The notes under the pieces: model-generated
Databases searched by the model: none
Told to the model about the DNA's origin: nothing
The model's input: only the letters and a program-made list of their open reading frames with translations
Shown: piece after piece, positions 56,786 to 64,000 of the stretch
How positions within the stretch are numbered: the stretch's first letter is position 1
Layout: every line of letters starts with the position of its first letter
Origin: Octopus vulgaris
Taxonomy: Eukaryota
Direction: 5' to 3'
Assembly: GCA_951406725.2 (NCBI GenBank)
Contig: OX597833.1
Location: forward strand, 52,390,001 to 52,454,000
Length of the DNA: 64,000 bases
Program-made: the position numbers and the translations under genes

Positions 56786-57471
56786 GCATATACATACATA
56801 TATTATGTACAAATATGAATGTATATATGTATATATATATGTATGTATATATATATCAAATATTCATACACAGATATACACATGCACCACACACACATAC
56901 AGACACGCACACGCATACACATATAGATGGTCATAAATGAAAAGCTAAACAGCGTGGGAGGAACGAAAGTGCTAATAGAAGCATATATTTATGTATGCGT
57001 TCGGTGTGTGTGTGCGTGTTTTGTATGTGTGTATGCGTTAGATGGAGAAAGAGAGAGAGAGAGAGTATGAGTTTGTGTGGTTGTATAATTATATCTCTCT
57101 ATCTTTTTATCTACACCATACATGCTATAATATATGCATATAGACGTAAGTTGGTGCGAATGTATGAGAGTATGTCTGCATACATACAAGCTTAGATATG
57201 TAACTATGTATATATCTGTATACGCGTGTGGGTGTCTGTATTGATATATATATATATATATACATATGCGTATGGTATGTATAGTTATTCATATATACAC
57301 GCATGTGCATATATGTGCAACATATTTACGCATATATATGTACATGCACGCACGCACACACACATATACATATGTTCACATGTACTTATATATAAATATA
57401 TATGTGGGTGTATACATATCTATTATATATACATACATTCATGTATCTACATTTAAGCATATATATTGATG

Positions 57472-57526
<55 letters not shown>

Positions 57527-57546
57527 ATATACACATATATATCTAC

Positions 57547-57617
<71 letters not shown>

Positions 57618-57767
57618 CATGCATATATATATATATATATATATATATGAATGTATATATAACCATATATATATAAAGCCATAAACACGCCTGCACACAA
57701 ACACATATACATTTTATATTTGTGCGTACGCCTGTCTGTAAGCATGGAAGTATCTACGATAAATGTA

Positions 57768-57814
<47 letters not shown>

Positions 57815-58404
57815 ACTTCTTTATATATGTGTGTGCATACGTGTGTGTGTGTTTTTGCGCGTGTGTGTGTCCTTATAGTGTAACTGAGTATCTGTTACAC
57901 TCACAGAACAATAGACTTCTTTTACAACTTAATCTTGGTGAAAAAGTAAAAAAGAAAAATAATATATATAAGAAAGGGAAAAAAAAAATGAACGTTGTCT
58001 GATATATCGCGGAATTTGATATTTACAGACTTCCCACAGTAACTCTTTGCGTTGGTCCCATCATTTCCTTTCATGGAAACCAAAAATTCTACAATCACAT
58101 CATAGAATCGGATGAAGAATTGATTTCCAACTCGAATAAATTCTTTTATTTTCACAGCGTTACTCCTTTAATGCAAATTCACAATTTCATTAATTTTATT
58201 TTAAACTTTGTAACCGTACAGAGTTATCGTTAGCTCTCTTGCATAGCTTGTACAAAAAAAAAACAAAAATGGCTCCCGAAAATAAGTTTTTTTTTTTTTT
58301 TTACATAATTAACAATGACTTTTATATTATAGTATTTTCAAAGGATAAATTAAAGATAATACGCCATCTATTCTAATATATGCATTGTATGAATATATTA
58401 GAAT

Positions 58405-58796
58405 TGGAAGCACTCCGTCGGTTACGACGACGAGGGTTCCGGTTGATCCGAATCAACGGAACAGCCTGCTCGTGAAATTAACGTGTAAGTGGCTGAGCAC
58501 TCCACAGACACGTGTACCCTTAACGTAGCTCTCGGGGATATTCAGCGTGACACAGAGAGTGACAAGGCCGGCCCTTTGAAATACAGGTACAACAGAAACA
58601 GGAAGTAAGAGAGAGAGAGAGAGAAAGTTGTGGTGAAAGAGTACAGCAGGGATCACCACCATCCCCTGCCGGGGCCTCGTGGAGCTTTTGGTGTTTTCGC
58701 TCAATAAACACTCACAACACCCGGTCTGGGAATCGAAACCGCGATCCTATGACCGCGAGTCCGCTGCCCTAACCACTGGGCCATTGCGCCTCCACG
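58405..58796 (-). mobile_element. SINE family A (tail type 2)
   Basis: TSD tatattagaat at 58394-58404 and 58797-58807. Confidence 0.92.
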
Positions 58797-58816
58797 TATA
58801 TTAGAATAAGCAAAGG

Positions 58817-59110
58817 AGATGAGCTGGCAGAAACGCTAGCACGTCGGGCGAAATGCTTAGTAGTATTTCGTCTGCCGTTACGTTCTGAGTTCGAATTCCG
58901 CCGAGGTCGACTTTGCCTTTCATCCTTTCGGGGTCGATTAAATAAGTACCAGTTACGCACTGGAGTCGATATAATCCACTTAATCTGTTTGTCTGTCCTT
59001 GTTTGTCCTCTCTGTGTTTAGCTCCTTGTGGGTAGTACAGGAATAGGCAATTCGTGTGCCGCTACGTTCTGAGTTCAAATTCTGCCGAGGGCCACTTTGC
59101 TTTTTATCCT
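58817..59110 (+). mobile_element. SINE family C with a partial tandem repeat
   Basis: Family match. Confidence 0.88.
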
Positions 59111-59178
59111 TTCATCCTTTGCTGAACCAATAACTTACGGAGACGTAAAAACACCAACACCAGCTGTCAAGTGGCAGT

Positions 59179-59224
<46 letters not shown>

Positions 59225-59573
59225 TACACACACACACACACACATGCACACACAAGCACACATACATACACAAACTCACACACAAACAGAAAGACACACA
59301 AACACAAATACGCACAAACACACACACACACACAACACACACACAAACACACACACATACACACAGACAAACACACACACTCACACACACAGACAAACTG
59401 ACACAGACAAACATACACACTCATACACAAATGCATACACACACAAACACACATACAAAAATACACACAGAAACACACACACCCAAACACACTCATACAC
59501 AAACACATACACACGTACGTAAACACACACACACACACATACACACACATACGTACACACATATATGATAATA

Positions 59574-59807
59574 TAATTGATTAAGTAACCAGTAGATGAA
59601 TTTGGTATTAGTCTTTATGTTGTACGACGATCGTTTCGACCCATCCTGCTACTGTCCTTAACGGGTGGGACTTCTGGCATTATGTTGTGTTGCGTCCATT
59701 TTGCAGTCTGGTCACATTAGGTACCTCCATAGCAAAATTTGTAGAAATGATCCTCGTACGAAATAAAGATTAATGCCAAATCCATCTTCTAGTTACTTAA
59801 TCAATTA
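59574..59807. mobile_element. Fold-back element with 64-bp imperfect arms and a decayed hammerhead 3' half
   Basis: Arms 59574-59637 and 59744-59807; minus strand ..ggatgggtc-GAAACgatcGTC-gtac. Confidence 0.65.
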
Positions 59808-60065
59808 CTATTATCTCAATTAACACTGTCGAATTTCTGAAGTAGATCCATTGGAAATATACCCCGACCGCAGATGACACCAGGTAGCCCCAAACTGTAC
59901 CAGTGCTTTACTCAACACATTAACACACTAATCGACATAAACCCGTTAGTCCAAAATATTACACACACACACACACGCACACACACACACCCATACACAC
60001 ACACACACATACACACACACACACACATACATACACATACACACACACGTATATATGTATACAAA

Positions 60066-60228
60066 GGGTTTCTTTCAGTTTCCACCAACCAAAAAAAATC
60101 TACTCACGAGCGCCCTTGGTCAGTCCAAGGCTATAGTAGGAGACACTTGCCCAGCGTGTCGCGCAGTGGGACTGAACCCAGAACCATATGATTGGGAAGG
60201 AAACTTCGTACAACACAGCCACGCCTGC
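60066..60228 (-). mobile_element. SINE family B, 5' half, diverged
   Basis: Family match. Confidence 0.78.
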
Positions 60229-60273
60229 TCCACGTGTGCAGATGTGTGTGTGTGTGTGTGCGTGAGCGTGTGT

Positions 60274-60649
60274 GTACAGGCACGTACTTTGTGTGTGTAT
60301 GTGTGTGTGTACAGGCGCGTACATTTTGTGTGTGTGTGTGTGTGTACAGGCGCGTACTTTGTGTGTGTATGTGTGTGTGTACAGGCGCGTACTTTATGTG
60401 TGTATGTGTGTGTACAGGCACGTACTTTGTGTGTGTATGTGTGTGTGTACAGGCACGTACTTTGTGTGTGTATGTGTGTGTGTACAGGCGCGTACTTTGT
60501 GTGTGTATGTGTGTGTGTACAGGCGCGTACTTTGTGTGTGTGTGTGTGTACAGGCGCGTACTTTGTGTGTGTGTGTGTGTGTGTACAGGCACGTACTTTG
60601 TGTGTGTGTACAGGCACGTACTTTGTGTGTGTGTACAGGCGCGTACTTT
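60274..60649 (+). repeat. Compound minisatellite: 12 x GTACAGGC(A/G)CGTACTTT with (GT)n spacers
   Basis: Counted directly; unit length ~24-36 bp. Confidence 0.93.
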
Positions 60650-61195
60650 GTGTGTGTGTGTGTGTGTGTGTGCGTGTGTGTGCGTTTAATGACACAAATG
60701 TATGTCATACGACCTTATGCTCAGATAAATCATGGCCCTCGTATTATAGTCATTTGTCAGTGTCTTACAACAAAATTGTTCTGTTAAAAATCGGCCATCG
60801 TTCTTGTATTCTTCCTTACTTTCTCCCTCTATAATTCTAACAGATGTAGATGTGGATATTGTTGCATTGTTAAATATGTAAGCCTTGAGCCTTACAGTAA
60901 AAAAAAAAAAAAAAAAAAAAAAAACAGAAAATAAAAAAAAATGAAGGAAAGAAGAAAACAGAAGAAGAGTGGTAAAGTAAAAAACATAATGTTAAGTGAT
61001 AGGGAAATTTCGCTCTGTTAACGCCGTTAATGCTTGCCATGGATTCCCATTAAGAAATCTGAAGGTATTAACATTAAGCGCCATTTTGTAAAAGGCGTTT
61101 GACAAATGATACAGTTAATATCCAGGACAGCTGTTGATTATCTCTCTGTCTATGTATCTCTCAAACTATTTATCTGTCAATTCATGGAACGAACA

Positions 61196-61271
<76 letters not shown>

Positions 61272-61336
61272 GTCTGTCTGTCTGTCTCTTTGTCTAACTG
61301 TCTCTCTAGTTAACAAACTCTTTATCTATTTGTCTG

Positions 61337-61369
<33 letters not shown>

Positions 61370-61600
61370 TTGTCTCTCTCTTTCTTTCTCTCTCTCTAAC
61401 TATATACATATCTACCAACCTACTTACCTACCTACCTACCTACCTACCTACCTACCTACCTATCAACCTGTCTGTCTGTCTATTTATTTATGAAACAGTC
61501 TATCTATCTAGATTTCTACCTACCTATCTATCTTGCCTACCTACCTATTCATCCTACCTACCTATCTCGTTATTTGTCTGTTTTTCTATTAATGAAATAG

Positions 61601-61728
<128 letters not shown>

Positions 61729-62340
61729 CCTATCTACCTATCTATTAAATTATTTGTTTATTTATTTTTCTTCGTATCTTTTCAGTATTTTAATGGACGC
61801 TTGTTAACCATAAACATATTCACGACAATTACTCTAGCAGACACACATGGGATTGTCAGTCAATATTTCGATTTGCCAGGGATTAAAAAACAGTGAGTAT
61901 ATACCATTACTGCCAGAAGTTAGATAGTTCCTTTCTGTTTGTTTATTTTTGATTTTATTGTAAAAGAAACACAAATGATTTACATGGAAGAAATATATCC
62001 ACTCTTCAATCCTTTTCTATGTTGTTGACATAGATGATAGTTTTTCTTTGCTCTCCTTCTTCCCTTTCGCTTTGGCACTCTCCTCCCGGACATATATATT
62101 GAAAATCATTTTTTTTAGGCATTACATATTTAGTACTATATTATCCGAAACATTCTGCACTTTCTAGGGCTGCAGAATGAGATTTCAGACAAATTTAGCT
62201 GTTATTTCTTGCATATCAAGTGAATTGTGAGAGATTTCCCAGTTGGCTCGACATATTCATATATGAAGAGGATTTAACAATATTCTACGAATGTGTTTTT
62301 CCGTTTGTTCCGTTTGTTTGTATTTCTATATATCTTTTGG

Positions 62341-62375
<35 letters not shown>

Positions 62376-62435
62376 GCACACACATATATCATATGATATA
62401 TCATATGTATGTATATATTTATTACATATGTATGC

Positions 62436-62528
<93 letters not shown>

Positions 62529-62621
62529 ACAACAAAAGAATGAAAGCGACCTCGATATTATGTAAATAGAAGAATTTATCTGTAAGATAATATGTGACAA
62601 AATGCATTTTTTGATTGCCTC

Positions 62622-62682
62622 GATAACTGATGAGATGCTGGAGCAGATTTCCGCCCCGACATCCGAAACTCGGAGTCTTGTT
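62622..62682 (+). ncRNA. Type I hammerhead-like motif with long stem II inside 10-bp inverted repeats (62591-62707)
   Basis: gataa-CTGATGA-gatgctggagc..gccccgacatc-c-GAAActcggagTC-ttgtt; tatgtgacaa/ttgtcacata. Confidence 0.62.
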
Positions 62683-63469
62683 ATGGCAACCGAATAATTG
62701 TCACATACTATATATTATTTTATATTATGTTATATTATATATATATATATATAATTGTCTGATTACTTAAATATTGCGCTCTAGTATGGCTACAGTTGAA
62801 TGACTAACGCGTGTATAAAGGAAGGAATGATTACATTCGCCAAGTATAAACATAACATTACGTCATCGACAAGACACGAAGCGGTGGACATCGTAACTAG
62901 TAATACCTCACGCCCGATCGACACTGTAATATAAAAAATAATTGTAACCGTCGAACGTGTTATGAACCAATCCCCGAAGTAGAAGAAGGAGGAAAAAGCC
63001 TGTAATTTCTTGGGCTCAGCATTAAATCGTTACAAGCAGATTACTCTCTGAGGCCTAAAGTTTAGATATCTTATCACTTAAGCGATATTTCACACAGCCG
63101 CCTCTACCATCGTTAAACAATTCTGGTTTTGTTTGTCGTAGATTTCTTTTACAAAGCAAACTGGTTTCGGTAGCAGACATTAAACAGAAGAACTATCTAC
63201 GTTGTTTCGCTACGCTTCTTTAAGAAATAAGTATTATTTTTATACACACAGATTTTAATAAGAATCTAGTGTACACCCAAATTTGTAGCACAGTTTTCTT
63301 TCTGATGACGAATATGTTTAATAATTGTAACAGAGATATTTATAAAAATACGGCAATAACATTAGAATTATTGTTATGGTTAAAACACATTATGTGTTAC
63401 TAGCGGGAAATTTCACGGTGTAAGCCAGTATATTTGAAAACATGTTAATATATTGATTTCAGATTTTGC

Positions 63470-64000
63470 CACAGGACCAGCAGTGTTGGGGATGAGATAA
63501 ATCGATTTCATCGCCCTCAGTTCTCACCTGGCACTTATTTTATAGACTGTCGCAAGGATGAAAGGCAAAGACGACCTCAGAGGAATTTGAACTTGGATCG
63601 TAAAGTCGGACGAAAAGTTACTAAGTATTTAACTAGGCGTGCTAACGACTTAGCCAGCTCACTGCTTTACGAAAAAAAAAGCATATGCTAATATATTGAT
63701 TTCAAACTTTGGTTCAAGGCTACTAACTTCAGGTGAGTGGGTAAGTCGCTTCCATCGACCCCAGTGCTCAACTGATACTTAATTTATTGACTCCGAACGG
63801 ATGAAAGATAACGTGTACCTCGGCGAGATTTGAACGCAGAACGTAACAGCGGACGAAATGCCGCTAAGCATTTTTCCCGGCGCGCTAAAGATTCCGCCTG
63901 CTCACCGCCTTAATAAACATTTCCACTATAGGCACACGGCCTGAAAAATTGGGGGAGTTGCGGATAGTCGATTACATCAACCCCAGTACACAACTGGTAC
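63470..64000 (-). mobile_element. Tandem diverged SINE family C copies (runs off the window)
   Basis: Repeated ggatgaaaggcaaag..atttgaac..gctaa..ccagctc. Confidence 0.75.

Noticed and set aside
57980-58170. Unique-looking stretch with short open frames (LPTVTLC..)
   Set aside because: Resemblance to any known protein is too short and splice signals are not convincing.
60274-60649. CRISPR-like repeat-spacer array
   Set aside because: Spacers are (GT)n rather than unique sequence, the repeat is only 17 bp, there are no cas genes and the context is eukaryotic.

Overview
This is AT-rich animal genomic DNA, very dense in microsatellites, with no recognisable host protein-coding exon. Nearly all ORFs in the supplied track are translations of simple repeats. 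The repeat landscape resembles an octopus (coleoid cephalopod) intron or intergenic region; that is an inference from recall, not a database result. The window holds three tRNA-type SINE families, a ~550 bp element found only in (TAA)n, a 2.5 kb 5'-truncated Dong/R4-type RT+REL retrotransposon and relics of related elements, RTE, Tx1, CR1 and Penelope (GIY-YIG) fragments, Tc1/mariner relics and MITEs, and Helitron/HINE-like pieces. The most notable signal is about 16 minimal type I hammerhead-ribozyme motifs on both strands. Most sit inside short inverted-repeat or (TA)n-associated non-coding elements of several unrelated sequence families. They include intact canonical copies (13903-13988, 26233-26267) and a U3-A8 compensatory core seen in three unrelated elements. 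All structures were folded by eye and none has been tested for activity.
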